A stretch of 64,000 nucleotides of DNA from Candidatus Eiseniibacteriota bacterium (GCA_963792585.1 CAWBWI010000001.1:1408001-1472000), one strand, 5' to 3'; shown: positions 1-11,175, numbered from the stretch's first letter. Numbers and translations are program-made. The notes: generated by a model from the letters alone, not told the origin.

Positions 1-204
1 CAGAACGTCGGTCGGCGCATCCTCCTCCATCCAGACGCGATTCAGGCGGCGGATCGTGCGTTCGCCGACGAGGACCACGTTGACCCCTCGCGGTTCTCCT
101 TCCGCATCCAGGATCCGGTTGAGGAGGAGGCGGATCTCAGCCCTATGGGGCCGTGCCCCTCGTTGTCGATTCGCGATCCCGAGCGGTCGGGCTTCGTTTC
201 GCAT
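1..204 (-). CDS. ybeY: rRNA maturation RNase YbeY (N-terminal part, runs off window)
   Basis: Manual translation from ATG 204: MRNEARPLGIANRQ...VNVVLVGERTIRRLNRVWMEEDAPTDVL, matching the YbeY 'LN...TDVL' motif. It follows phoH and the HD gene as in the conserved operon. Confidence 0.85.
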   Translation of the reverse strand, partial: MRNEARPLGIANRQRGARPHRAEIRLLLNRILDAEGEPRGVNVVLVGERTIRRLNRVWMEEDAPTDVL

Positions 205-2357
205 CGTCCTCCGGTCCCTGGTAAGCGGTTCGAGCGTGGAAGAAGGCGGCGAGGACCGGAACGAGAGCGTCCCGGATCCGGGCCAGATCGCTGAGCGTCA
301 GCTCGCTGTCGTCCAGATCACCGTCCGCCAGGCGTGTTTCGAGGACCTTCACCACGACTCCCTTGATCCGGCTGGGAGTCGGCTCCTCCAGAGCCCGGGA
401 CGCGGCATCGACCTGGTCGGCGATCATCACCAGGGCGGCCTCCCGGAATTGCGGTCTCGGTCCCGGATACCTGTACTCCTCCTCCCGGGCACCGGTGTCC
501 TGGCGCCGCGCCTTGTGCCAGAAGAAGGCCATCAGCGAGTTCCCATGATGCTGCCGGATTCCTTCCACCACGATGTGCGGCAGCTTCTCCCGCGCGGCGA
601 GCGCCACCCCCTCACGCACGTGGGATTCCAGGATCAACCGACTCATCGAGGGCGATAGCTTGTCGTGGGGGTTCCGCCGACCCGCCGAGATGTTCTCGAT
701 GAAGTAGCCGGGCTTCGCGACCTTCCCGATGTCGTGGTAGTAACCGATCACGCGCGAAAGGAGCGGGTTGCCTCCCCCGACACGCGCGGCGGTCTCCGCG
801 AGCGTGCCGACCATGAGAGCATGGTGGTAGGTTCCCGGCGCCTCGACCATCAACCGGCGCAGGAGCGGGCGGTTCAGGTCCGACAATTCGAGCAGGGTGA
901 TGTCGGAGCACTTCCGGAAGAGATGCTCCGCGAGCGGAATCACGAAGATCGCCAACCCTGCGGTCAGGATCGGGTTCGCGGCCGCAGCGACAGCGTCGCG
1001 CAGCAGATCGTGCGGCGCCTGAGAATGAGCCAAAGCGAGGGCTACGAGCGTGACCAGGTGCGCCGCCGGGACGTAGAGCACCAGCCGATAGAACTTCCCG
1101 CCGGTGCCGCAATCCGCGAACGCAGAAGATCGCGGTCACCGTGCCCACCCCGAGGACAGCCATGGTCGGCGCCCCCATTTCGGCGATCAGGCCGATCAAG
1201 CCCGTCAAAGCGAGTCCTACGACCAGGGCAAGGCGCTGATCGAAGAGCATCGCCACAAGGATCGGCGCCGCCGCCACAGGGGCCATCAGGGGAGGCAGAT
1301 CGAGGACGTGGAGGAAGAGACCGGATAGACCCATCACCGCCGCGCAGGTGTAGGAGAGGAGGGCCAGATCCCCGAGCCGCGTATAGATCTCCGGGCGCAG
1401 GAATTTCAAGTAGAAGGCGAAAGCGCCGACGGCGATGAGGAGCAGCAGCAGGCGCCCCACCCAACCACCAAGTTGCACCCACGGGGTGCCGATCTCGCGT
1501 TGCGCCCTCCAGTGGTCGTAGCTATTGAGCTTGCTCAGGAGTTCCGGAGTGATCCGCTCGCCCGCCACGACGATCCGCTCGCCCTGCTGAACGCGAAGGG
1601 CGATCGGGTCGACCCCCTCTCGCGCCGACTGTCGCAGATCCTCCGTGCCCTCGGCGTCGAAGAGGAGGTTCGGATGCGCAAACCGCGCAACGAGCTCCTC
1701 GAGCGGCGCCGGCTCGAGTCCTCGCGCGAGGGCCCGATTACGGGCGAGCTCACGCAGGCGCGAGGGCGTCTGCACCTGATCCCCGCTGAGACGACGGACG
1801 CCCTGAGCGTCCCGGACCTGGACTTCCGACCCGTCGCGGAGCATCGGTTCGATGCGTTCCTCGACGAGTCCGCGATCAAGCGCGTCCTGCAGCAGAGACT
1901 CGGCTTGGTCGAAGGTCGGTTGCGGGTCCTTTGCGAGCATGAGCCAGACAAGGAGGGTCTCGTTGAGTTTCACTTCCGGATCGAGCGCCTTGTGGCGCGT
2001 GCCGCTGCGCACCCGTCCGACCATCGAGCGGAAGTCGCCGAACTCCGCGAAACTGCGCTCGGAAATCGAGTCGGCGAGATTGACCGCAATCGGGCTTCCG
2101 GAAGCCGACGCGGCCCGCTCCTGCTCGAGGGAGCTCGGATCCTTCAAGACTGGGAATTCGAAGTCGGCGATCACCGTCCGCGGCGCCCGCTCTCCCAGGC
2201 GGAGCTTGAGCGCACCGCGACCGAATTGCGGAGGGAAGAGGGCGATTCCCGCCAGCAGCAGCGGCAGGAGCACGACCGCCCGCGCCAAGAAGGGGCGGCG
2301 GAGAATCGAGGCGCGCGTCCTCATCAGGAACGCGGGCCCGCCGACGCCGGGCTCCAT
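143..2357 (-). CDS. 7TM HD (HDIG) phosphohydrolase, PgpH-like cyclic-di-AMP phosphodiesterase family; one frameshift near 1095
   Basis: ORF 612..2357 gives the extracellular and TM region; ORF 143..1081 gives EAPGTYHH, YHDIGK and QHHG motifs. Removing one base at ~1095 restores RHRREFYRLVLY. Confidence 0.85.
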
Positions 2358-3340
2358 TACTTCTCCCCTTCGCGGGGCTGCTTGGTGTTGTGACGGTCGA
2401 AGGCGAGGATGATCTCCTTCACGAGCTGGTGCCGCACCACGTCCCGCTCCGTGAAGTACACGAAGCGGACCGATCCGATCCCCTGGAGGATCGGTTGGAT
2501 CTTCACGAGTCCCGATGCGTGCGGATCGGGCAGGTCAATCTGGGTCACGTCCCCGGTGATCGCCGCCTTCGACTCGGGACCGAGTCGCGTGAGGAACATC
2601 TTCATCTGCCCGAGCGTCGTGTTCTGGGCCTCGTCGAGGATCACGAAGGAGCGTGCAAGCGTGCGTCCCCGCATGTAAGCCAGGGGGGCGATCTCGACCA
2701 CCCCGAGCTGGATCAGGCGCTGCAGCTTCTCATAGTTGATCATGTCGTGAAGCGCGTCGTAGAGAGGACGAAGATACGGATCGACCTTCTCCTGGAGATC
2801 CCCGGGAAGGAAACCGAGGCTCTCGCCCGCCTCGACGGCCGGTCGCGCGAGCACGATCCTGTCGACCGCCTTATCCCGGAGCATCCGAACCGCCATCGCA
2901 ACTGCAAGATAGGTCTTGCCCGTTCCCGCGGGGCCGACACCGAAGACGATGTCGTTCGACCACATGGCGTCGACGTAGGCCGCCTGTCCGACGGTTCGCA
3001 CCCGAACGACCTTCTTGTCGCCGAAGAGAACGACGGCCGCTTCCGCGGTCGAGGCCAGCTCCGCTTCACCGCCGCCCTCGTCGAGTACCGAAAAGACGTA
3101 CGCCAGGTCCTCGTCGCCGATGATGTGCCCGGTGCGCACACGTTCGATCAGGAGTCGAATGACCTCCGTCGCCCGGGCGACGGCCGCGGCCTCCCCGCGG
3201 ATGTGCAGCGAGCCGTTGCGCATGAATGTGCCCACGCTGAAGCGATGCTCCAGGGCTCGGAGGTTGGAGTCCGCCTGTCCGAAGAGGTGGAGAGGGTCGC
3301 ACCCTTCGAGCGAGAGGCTCTGCTGCGATTCTTCCTGCAT
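2357..3340 (-). CDS. phoH: PhoH family ATPase
   Basis: GPAGTGKT, RPAVEAGESLGFLPG, LAYMRGRTL, ILDEAQN motifs. Confidence 0.95.
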   Translation of the reverse strand: MQEESQQSLSLEGCDPLHLFGQADSNLRALEHRFSVGTFMRNGSLHIRGEAAAVARATEVIRLLIERVRTGHIIGDEDLAYVFSVLDEGGGEAELASTAEAAVVLFGDKKVVRVRTVGQAAYVDAMWSNDIVFGVGPAGTGKTYLAVAMAVRMLRDKAVDRIVLARPAVEAGESLGFLPGDLQEKVDPYLRPLYDALHDMINYEKLQRLIQLGVVEIAPLAYMRGRTLARSFVILDEAQNTTLGQMKMFLTRLGPESKAAITGDVTQIDLPDPHASGLVKIQPILQGIGSVRFVYFTERDVVRHQLVKEIILAFDRHNTKQPREGEK

Positions 3341-3344
3341 CCGC

Positions 3345-3845
3345 CTACTTCGCCGGGATCGTCAGACGTATCCCCGGCTTCAGCGGGTCGGTGAACTTAC
3401 CAATCGCCGCCTTGTTGGCCTCGTAGATGTCCTTGGCCCGATTCGGAGTCGAGAAGACCGACTCGCTGATCTTCTGGAGGGAATCTCCGGCCTTTACGAC
3501 ATAGCTCGTCGTGGAGCGACGGGCGAGGCGCAGCTGGCGCATCTCGTTGTCCAGATCGCGGATCTGCGTCGTTAGCGCCACGTTCTCCTGCCTGAGGGCT
3601 TCGGCGGCCGTCGCGATCGAATCAGCGCTCGCGTTGTATCGCGCCGTCTCGGCCCGCAGGGCCTCGATCTCGCCCTTCGAGGGAGTTGCAGTACCGATCG
3701 CGATCGGCGCCCGAGAGCCCCTTGATCTCGTCATTGGTGTAGTAGTCGCCCTTCGTGACATCCGCCACCCGTCTCGGTATGGGGGTGCGCTCGCGCACCC
3801 GACGGCCAGAACGATCGGAAGAAGGATCCATGCGCCCCTCATCAT
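3345..3845 (-). CDS. LysM-domain lipoprotein with coiled coil (two compensating indels)
   Basis: Lipobox LAVGC; C-terminal YVVKAGDSLQKIS...IYEAN...LKPGIRLTIP is a LysM domain. The middle segment reads better in the alternate frame (DVTKGDYYTNDEIKGLS). Confidence 0.8.
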   Translation of the reverse strand: MMRGAWILLPIVLAVGCASAPPYRDGWRMSRRATTTPMTRSRGSRAPIAIGTATPSKGEIEALRAETARYNASADSIATAAEALRQENVALTTQIRDLDNEMRQLRLARRSTTSYVVKAGDSLQKISESVFSTPNRAKDIYEANKAAIGKFTDPLKPGIRLTIPAK

Positions 3846-4124
3846 TGCTTCGCGTTCTCCTCGGCCGGAGTCCCACCGACTTCCTTCTTCAACTGGTCGC
3901 GCTCCTCGGTCAACCGAGCGAGCCGCGTCTTGTTCTGCTCGAGGTTGAGCTTGAACCGATTATAGTCCGTCCTCTCCGCCTCGACATTGCCGCGCGCGGC
4001 GTCGCGCACGTCCGACGCCAGCTCGATCTGCGCAGGGATCATCATGCACGGCTTCGTGCCCGCCGCGCACCCGGCCAAACCGAGGAGTGTCAGGGCCGCG
4101 ACCCAACCCACGTTGCATCTTCAT
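3842..4124 (-). CDS. Small coiled-coil lipoprotein
   Basis: GGAGG RBS then ATG at 4124 (probable indel near 4108); lipobox LAGC; heptad-like C-terminus. Confidence 0.65.
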
Positions 4125-4167
4125 GCGTATCCTCCCAACGGCCATACGGCCGGTGCAACAGCCGATA

Positions 4168-4926
4168 CTATCCGAAGCGAACCTCGGTGACCACATAGGT
4201 GCCGCCCGAGCGCTGATCGCGCGTGATCTGGACGAGCCCGCCTGCGCCGCCTCCTCGAGCAGCTCGCTGAACGACCGGAACCCGTAGGCGCTCTCGCTGA
4301 AGGTCGGCTTCTTGCGCTTGATCGTGTCCTTGATCATCGAGGACTCCAGAGGACTTCCTTGTTCTCGCGCAGGAGCGCCCCGATCGCGTCGAGGAGGAGG
4401 TTGAAGGCCTCCTGCTTCTTCGACGGGAGCACCGCCCCCGTGGACGGCCTTCGCGGTCGTCCGGATCAAGTCCTCGTAGTAGAGGAACTCGTCGCAGTTG
4501 TCGGCCAGCAGATCGCTCGTCGCCTCGCGAAGCCCGAGCCCGATGACCTGCTTGTTGTTCTCCTTGAGCTTGGACACGAGCGGTGAGAAGTCGCTGTCGC
4601 CCGAGACGACGACGAAGGTGTCGAGGTGCTCCTTCGTGTAGCAGAGATCCAGCGCATCGACGACGAGCCGGATGTCCGCCGAGTTCTTCCCCGTCTGCTG
4701 GCGCGTGGGGATCTCGATCAGCTCGATCGCCGCCTCGTGCAGGTCTCCGCCGGTATTCCGAGTAGCGCGTCCAGTCGGCATACGCCCTCTTGACGATGAT
4801 CCGGCCCTTCTCGAGGAGCCGCTCCAGGATCAGTTGAACGTCGAAGGTCTTCGCCTTCTTCCCCCTTAGACCGAGGGCGATGTTCTCGAAGTCGATGAAC
4901 AGCGCGATCCGCGCTTCTTCCTGCAT
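4168..4926 (-). CDS. NYN domain protein (LabA/DUF88) with C-terminal OST-HTH/LOTUS domain; frameshifted
   Basis: IALFIDFENI, KRAYADW, GKNSADIRLVVDA, SGDSDFSPLV and YGFRSFSELLE motifs, split across ORFs 4168..5052 and 3960..4781. Confidence 0.9.
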   Translation of the reverse strand: MQEEARIALFIDFENIALGLRGKKAKTFDVQLILERLLEKGRIIVKRAYADWTRYSEYRRRPARGGDRADRDPHAPADGEELGGHPARRRCAGSLLHEGAPRHLRRRLGRQRLLTARVQAQGEQQAGHRARASRGDERSAGRQLRRVPLLRGLDPDDREGRPRGRCSRRRSRRPSTSSSTRSGRSCARTRKSSGVLDDQGHDQAQEADLQRERLRVPVVQRAARGGGAGGLVQITRDQRSGGTYVVTEVRFG

Positions 4927-4957
4927 TTCCTCTGCCTCTCGGCCGGATCTTCCTGCT

Positions 4958-6758
4958 TCAGGACGAGGGTCCCGAACCTTCCGCGATCCGGATGTGTAGG
5001 TCCCGTGAGGTCGGCCGGGTCCACCGGCGCGGGGGCGCCGTCCATCAGGCACATTGCGCTCGTCGTCTTCGGGAAGGCGATCGTGTCACGCATCGACGTG
5101 CGTCCTGCCATCAGCATGATGACGCGGTCGAGTCCGATCGCGATCCCTCCGTGTGGCGGTGCGCCGTACTGGAACGCCCGCAGGAGGAAGCCGAAGCGAC
5201 GCTCCGCCTCCTCCGCGCTGATCCCGGCGACCTCCATGACAGCCTCTTGAATGTCCCGACGGTGGATCCGGATGCTGCCGCTCGCAAGTTCGTACCCATT
5301 GAGCACGAGGTCGTAGAGCCGCGCGTGGACCGACAATGGATCGGTCTTGAGCTGCGGCAAGTCTTCCTCGAGCGGCATCGTGAACATGTGATGGCAGGGG
5401 ACGAGCCTGCCCGTCGAATCGTCCTTCTCGAAGAGCGGGAAGCGGTTGACCCAGAGGAACCGCCACTCCCGGCGTTGCCTCATCGGTGAGCCGCGACGCG
5501 CCGACCTTGGATGCGGAGGGCGCCGAGGGCCCGATTGGCGGTCAACCTCTTGTCCGCGACGATCGCCGATCAGATCGCCGTCGACCGCCCCGCTCGCCGC
5601 GACCAGGCGGGCCGCCGTCTCCGCGTCGAGGAACTTCGCAAATCCCCCGTCGAGCGCGCCGGCGGCCACGCGCGCCCGCGCAAGCCCCTTCGCGCCGAAC
5701 GGTTTGACGACCTCCTCGAGCTCGTCCTGCTCCTTGCGCGAGAGACTCCCCCCACCGGGAATCACGAATCCCTTGACGCATCCTCCCGACGCAAGGGCGT
5801 CGCGGAAGACCCGGAACTCGCACGTTGCGACCGCGTCGGAGAGGTCGACGATCGGCATCTCGAATCGAAGGTCCGGCTTGTCGGTCCCGTAGCGATCCAT
5901 CGCCTCCTCATAGGCAAGGCGCGGGAAGGACTCGCGGAAGGGTCACGCCGAGACAGCGCTCATAGAGACGCGCCATCAGCCCCTCGACGAGGGTGAAGAT
6001 CTGGTCCTCGTCCGTGAAGCTCATCTCGATGTCGATCTGCGTGTGCTCCGGCTGCCGATCAGCCCGCAGATCCTCGTCTCGAAGGCAGCGCGCGAGTTGA
6101 AAGTATCGGTCCGCGCCCGCGACCATCAGGATCTGCTTGTAGAGCTGCGGCGACTGCGGAAGGGCATAGAAGCTACCCGGATGGACACGACTCGGAACGA
6201 GGTAGTCGCGCGCCCCTTCGGGCGTTGGACGCACCAGCATGGGGGTCTCGATCTCCCAGAACCCATGCTCGTCCAGGTACTCCCGGGTCGTGAGCGCCAC
6301 GCGGTGGCGCAGGCCGAGGATCGACTGGAGGGAGTGCGAGCGCAGGTCGAGATACCGATACTCGAGGCGGAGATCCTCGCCGGCCCCGATCGTGTCGCCG
6401 ATGACGAATGGGGTCGTCTCGGCGACGTTCAGAATCTTCATCTCGGATGCGGCGACCTCGATTTCGCCCGTCGCGAGGTTCGGATTTGCCTCGAGCCGCC
6501 CGACGACCGACCCCTTGACCGCGATCACGTACTCGGAGCCGAGGGAACGCGCCTTCTCCGTCAGGTCGGAAGAGCCTTGATCGGGACGGCATACGATCTG
6601 GGTCAGCCCCCCGCGATCTCGCAGGTCGAGGAAGAAGACCCCGCCGTGATCGCGAACGCGATGCACCCATCCCGTCAAAAGGACCGCCTTGCCTGCGTCC
6701 GCGGAACGCAACTCTCCGCAGGTGTGCGTCCTCTTCCAACCGCCGAGACGATCTCCAT
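4958..6758 (-). CDS. aspS: Aspartate--tRNA ligase (several apparent indels)
   Basis: KRTHTCGELR, RVRDHGG, TPEGARDYLVPSR, ALPQSPQLYKQ, RDEDLRADRQPE, YGTDKPDLR, YGAPPHGGIAIGLDR and IAFPKT motifs; ends approximated across frames. Confidence 0.95.
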
Positions 6759-6760
6759 CG

Positions 6761-7135
6761 TCAGTCCCCCGTCCGTTTCGCGCGGGATCGCACCCGCGTC
6801 GACCATCGTGTCAGGATCGGTGCGAGAGCGGATCCGATCCCAGCGCCGAACAGATCCGCCGTCCAGTCGTAGAAACTCGAAAAGCGTCCCGGCACCAATG
6901 ACTGATAGAACTCATCCAGCGCGGCCACCGCGGCCGCCGCCGTCAGGGCGGCCGCCCAACCCGACGTTCCGGGCCGGCCGAACGCCCGGCGAAGCAGCCC
7001 GCCGAGCACCGCGTATTCCAACAGGTGCCACGCCTTGTCCGACCCAACCCACCCCCCCGGCGAACGAAGGTTCGGAATCGAGGAAGCGACCAGGATCAGA
7101 ACAATATAGACCGCGACGGGGATCCATCGAAGCAA
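6761..7135 (-). CDS. VanZ family membrane protein
   Basis: DKAWHLLEYAVLG, DEFYQSLVPGR and DWTAD motifs. Confidence 0.88.
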   Translation of the reverse strand: MLRWIPVAVYIVLILVASSIPNLRSPGGWVGSDKAWHLLEYAVLGGLLRRAFGRPGTSGWAAALTAAAAVAALDEFYQSLVPGRFSSFYDWTADLFGAGIGSALAPILTRWSTRVRSRAKRTGD

Positions 7136-7185
7136 CCGATCGCCGCCCGGTCGACCGGACTCTACCCCGGAAGGTGCGCGGGGGT

Positions 7186-7651
7186 TCAGATGCGCAGCTT
7201 CTCCTCCTCCTGCCGGATGATCGACACGACCTCCTCGGGCGTCTCGGCAGCGAGCAGGCCTTGCTGCAGATCGCCGGCATAGAGCAGGCGTGAGATCCTC
7301 GCCAGGATCCGAATGAAGCCGCCCCTTTCCTCGGGCCCCACGATCATGAAGACCAGCCGCACCGGTTTGGCGTCGAGGGCGTCGAACGGCAGATCTTCGC
7401 TGACGCGAACGAAGCTCACGGCCAGGGCGCGCGCGCCGGAGGTTTGCGCGTGCGGAATGGCCACGCCCCCGCCGATGCCCGTGCTCATGACCCGCTCGCG
7501 TTCAAGAAGGGACTGGGTCACCGCGTCGGGATCGGTCAGAACCCCGTCAGCGCCGAGGAATCCAACCATCTGCCGGATCAGATCCTCCTTCGAGGTCGAC
7601 CGGCAGATCCAGTCGGATCGAGTTCACTTGCAGGAGTTGCGACAGGCTCAT
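7186..7651 (-). CDS. PTS IIA component (PtsN/fructose-type); indel near 7600
   Basis: LLERERVMSTGIGGGVAIPHA and FDALDAKPV motifs; upstream MSLSQLL start at 7651 is in a shifted frame. Confidence 0.88.
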
Positions 7652-7777
7652 GATGGTCGGACTCGAGGGGCCCTCCGGGCTGCGTCGGAACGGTCCGGGA
7701 GCCCTGTGGGCCCCGGATGGAAAACCGCGTCGGACGGTAGCACCGGTTTGGGTTGTGTCAAGGTCGATCTCGGCGCT

Positions 7778-10700
7778 TCAATCGCCGATCGGAGTGCGGC
7801 CGATCCGGAAACGCGCCATCTTCCCCTTCAGACCCTTGCGTGAGAGTCCGAGGAGCGCGGCCGCGCGGCTCTTGTTCCCATCGCACACCTGCAGCGCACG
7901 CTCGATCGCGCGCCGCTCGAATAGCTCGACCTTGTTGCGCAGATCATCCCCGGCCGGCTCGGCTGTCTCCTCCCGCCCCTCGAGCACCTCCCTGGGGAGC
8001 AGTTCCGGGGTCAACACGACGTCGTCATCGGCGAGCGTGACGGCGCGGCGGATCGACTTCTCCAGCTCACGCACGTTGCCCGGCCAATCGTGGTCGAGCA
8101 GGCTCCTCCGAAATCCTCCCGACATCCCGCGGATCTTGCGTCCCGACTGTGCAGCAAACGACTCGACGAAGCATCCGGCGAGCAGCAGGATGTCGTCGTG
8201 CCGATCGCGCAGGGGCGGGATCTCGATCGAGATGTCGTTCAGGCGATAGTAGAGGTCCTTCAGGAATCGACCTTCCGCGACCTCGCTCCGCAGATCGGGG
8301 CAGCTCGTCGCACAGATGATCCTCACGTCGAGCCGCAGATAGCTCGTCGATCCCACGGGACGGATCTCACCCGAGTCGAGCAAGTGCAGGAAACGCCGTT
8401 GCACAGTGATGCCCGACTTGTCGATCTCGTCGAGGAAGATCGTGCCTCCCGCCGCTTCGGCGAGCAGCCCGTTGCGATCCTGCGTGGCCCCGGTGAAGGC
8501 TCCCTTCCGATAGCCGAACAGCTCGGCCTCGAGCAGGCTGTCGGGCAGCGCGGCGCAATCCACGGTCACGATTGGGCGGTTGCGTCGCGCGCTGGCCCGG
8601 TGGATCGCGTGCGCGAAGAGCTTCTTGCCGGTGCCGGTCTCCCCCTGGAGCAGGACCGTGAGATCCGTATCCCCGATTCGGCGGATCAGCTCGAGCAGGG
8701 CGATCATCTTGGAGTCCTGCGTGATCACGTCAGCGAGAGCGATCCCCTGCGTGAGCTTGCGCTCCTCCGGATCCTGGGTCGCCAGATCGAGCGCTCGGGT
8801 GATCTCGGCGGCGAGGAGCATCGCGTAGTTGCGCTCCGCGCGGCTCATGGCTCCGCGACCTCGATCGAGCTTGCGCTCGAAATGAAGCAGATGGGTCCGT
8901 CCGCGGACCGCGATCGGAATTGTGAATCGGCTGATCGGCCGCTCCGGGGAACCCGCGCTGACGATCGGCTTCAGGGCAAGACCGTCCAAGCGAATCCCCT
9001 CGAGCCCGAAGCGCTCAGGGCCGGTGGCACGGCGTCCGCGCTCGCTCTCGATTCCGCTCGAAGCGATGATCTCGAGCCCCTTCTCGTTCGGACGTGCCAG
9101 CATCGTCACATCGAGGTCCAACGCCTCGCGCAGTAGCATGAGGATTTCCGGAAGGCGCTCCCAGGCGCTCCCCCCCATGTCGAGGATTCCCTCGAGTCGC
9201 TCGTGAACCTCCAAACCATCCGGGCCCTCGTCCCCGGCCGAGACGCCCTCGGTGGTGCGAAGGCTCTCGTCCAGCAGTTCGACCCGGCGCGCCAGGATCG
9301 CGAAGGGCTCCGTCTCGGTGCAGAGTCTGCGCAGGGACTCGATCCGGGTGCGCGCGTCGTCGCGCCGGCCGAGCCTGATCAGACATTCGACTCGATCGCA
9401 CTCCACGAGCGCCAGCGGACGCCCCGCGTCGATCCGACGCAGGACCTCAGCCGCCTGGAGGAACTGGATCAGAGCCGCCTCGGGATCGCCCTGCACATCC
9501 AGGGCGATGCGACCAAGTTCCCCATGGGTGGTAGCGAGCGCCGGGACTTCCGCACGGGACCGGTGGCGGTCACAGAGCCCGGCGAGGGCCGCTCCCGCCT
9601 CCCCAAGTCTGCCGGTGCGCGCCCAGACCGTCGCCTGGCGGAGCAGCGCACGCTCCTCCTGGGCGCGATCCCGATCGTCTCTGGCCAACTCGAGGGCGCG
9701 GGCCGCTGAGCGCCCCGCATCCTCCCAGCGTCCGGCCAGCGCGGCCATGTCCGCTTCGAGCAGCAGAACCTCGACCATCAGATCGCCGCGGGGCGCCATC
9801 GCCTCGACCCGCATCCGGAACTGCCCCGCCAGCCTGTCGGCTTCATCGAGGCGCTCCTCGACGAGGTTCAGGCGTGCCTCTTCCAGAAGCAGGAGGCAGC
9901 GCTCGCGTTCGGGGAGCAGGTGCCCTTCAGCGGGCCGGCACTCGTCGAGCGCCGCGCGCGCCTGCTCGGTCATGAGCACCGCACGGGAGAGCTTGGCGAG
10001 CGCCAACCTGGCCCGCATGGTTCGCGTCGCGTCGCCCGTTTCGATCGCGAGCTTCAGTCCCCGTTCGAACGAGGCCTTCGCCTCGCCGTAGCGACCGGTC
10101 TTGGAAAGCACGATCCCGAGGTTCTGCGCAGCGCTGACGACGGTCGTATGCTCGCCGAGCGTTGAGGCCAGGTAGTAGGCGACGTTGTAGTGCTCGGCCG
10201 CCCGCTCCCAATCGCAGCGCAGCTTGTGCAAGTTGCCGAGGTTGGTGTAGCAACCGGCCAGGCGCTGAAGATCCCCGAGCTTGCGAAAGACCTCGAGTGC
10301 CTTTTCGAAGTGCTCTTTGGCGAGATCCGTTTGGCCCGCGCGAATATCGGCGGTGCCCAGAAGGTTCCTCGCGAGTCCGGCTTCCTGTTGCAGGCTCCCC
10401 TCGCCTAGCTCCTCCAGCGCGGCTGTCGCGTCCGCCCGCGCCGCCGAGAGCTGTCCGAGTTCGAGAGCCGCTTTTGCCGCGATCAGGAGTGCGCGCGCCC
10501 GCTCGTTGGTGGGTGTCGATCCGGGCGCATCGTCCAACGCGGCGCGCACGGCAGCGCGCCCTTCCTCCATCTTGCCCAACTGCACGAGACAGCGGGCCAT
10601 TCGCCAGGAGACAGCGAATCGATCCTCGGGTGAGAGATCGGGGGATTCCTCGACGTAGGCATGAAGCCTATCGAGGGCCTGTGCGGGCGACTCGAAGCCG

Positions 10701-10807
10701 AGGTCGAGATCAACGATCGCGATCAAGCGCTCCAACTCGGTAGCTCGATCGCTATTCGGATCTGCAGCGTCGGCGGGCCGTGCCCGTCTGTCGTCCTGAG
10801 GTCTCAT
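7778..10807 (-). CDS. Sigma-54-dependent activator: N-terminal TPR array, GAF-like region, AAA+ domain, Fis HTH
   Basis: TPR helices (NLLGT, TNLGNL, QNLGIV); GETGTGK, GAFTGA, FLDEID, DLYYRL, WPGNVRELE; GNKSRAAALLGLSR. Start uncertain (10807 or 10882). Confidence 0.92.
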   Translation of the reverse strand: MRPQDDRRARPADAADPNSDRATELERLIAIVDLDLGFESPAQALDRLHAYVEESPDLSPEDRFAVSWRMARCLVQLGKMEEGRAAVRAALDDAPGSTPTNERARALLIAAKAALELGQLSAARADATAALEELGEGSLQQEAGLARNLLGTADIRAGQTDLAKEHFEKALEVFRKLGDLQRLAGCYTNLGNLHKLRCDWERAAEHYNVAYYLASTLGEHTTVVSAAQNLGIVLSKTGRYGEAKASFERGLKLAIETGDATRTMRARLALAKLSRAVLMTEQARAALDECRPAEGHLLPERERCLLLLEEARLNLVEERLDEADRLAGQFRMRVEAMAPRGDLMVEVLLLEADMAALAGRWEDAGRSAARALELARDDRDRAQEERALLRQATVWARTGRLGEAGAALAGLCDRHRSRAEVPALATTHGELGRIALDVQGDPEAALIQFLQAAEVLRRIDAGRPLALVECDRVECLIRLGRRDDARTRIESLRRLCTETEPFAILARRVELLDESLRTTEGVSAGDEGPDGLEVHERLEGILDMGGSAWERLPEILMLLREALDLDVTMLARPNEKGLEIIASSGIESERGRRATGPERFGLEGIRLDGLALKPIVSAGSPERPISRFTIPIAVRGRTHLLHFERKLDRGRGAMSRAERNYAMLLAAEITRALDLATQDPEERKLTQGIALADVITQDSKMIALLELIRRIGDTDLTVLLQGETGTGKKLFAHAIHRASARRNRPIVTVDCAALPDSLLEAELFGYRKGAFTGATQDRNGLLAEAAGGTIFLDEIDKSGITVQRRFLHLLDSGEIRPVGSTSYLRLDVRIICATSCPDLRSEVAEGRFLKDLYYRLNDISIEIPPLRDRHDDILLLAGCFVESFAAQSGRKIRGMSGGFRRSLLDHDWPGNVRELEKSIRRAVTLADDDVVLTPELLPREVLEGREETAEPAGDDLRNKVELFERRAIERALQVCDGNKSRAAALLGLSRKGLKGKMARFRIGRTPIGD

Positions 10808-10827
10808 TCGCTCGCGCCTGTACTCGG

Positions 10828-11175
10828 CTATCGCTCGATGCCCAACCAGATCAGAACGGCGTGCAGCATCGGATCGGTCCAAACTGCCGACCGCCGAACA
10901 TCAAAGCGCGTAACGCGAGAACCGCCCACGGGATCCAGAGTCGGATCGTGAGGCGCCCGGAACAGGTTCGAGTAGTCATCCGGATCGCCACCATCTCCGT
11001 CGCCGCTGCCCGTGGGGCCACCCTGCGGCGGCTCGAAGTTGCAGTCGCCTCCGGGGTGACCGGGGGCCGGCTCCGCATACTCCCGCGACGCGTATGCGAC
11101 TGGGGCCGCCAGCGCGAGGCAGAGGACCGCAAGGCCGACTACAAAGAAGATCCAATGCGACTTACGAGGACTCAT
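10828..11175 (-). CDS. Small secreted Gly/Pro/Asp-rich protein (candidate signalling propeptide)
   Basis: GAGGT RBS; signal peptide MSPRKSHWIFFVVGLAVLCLALAAPVAYA; GDGDGGDPDDY core; hydrophobic tail MLHAVLIWLG. Confidence 0.7.
   Translation of the reverse strand: MSPRKSHWIFFVVGLAVLCLALAAPVAYASREYAEPAPGHPGGDCNFEPPQGGPTGSGDGDGGDPDDYSNLFRAPHDPTLDPVGGSRVTRFDVRRSAVWTDPMLHAVLIWLGIER

Noticed and set aside
4958..6758. aspS (and clpB, mltG) as pseudogenes or programmed frameshifts
   Set aside because: Motifs are intact, the genes are essential or conserved, and indels cluster regionally; sequencing error is more parsimonious.
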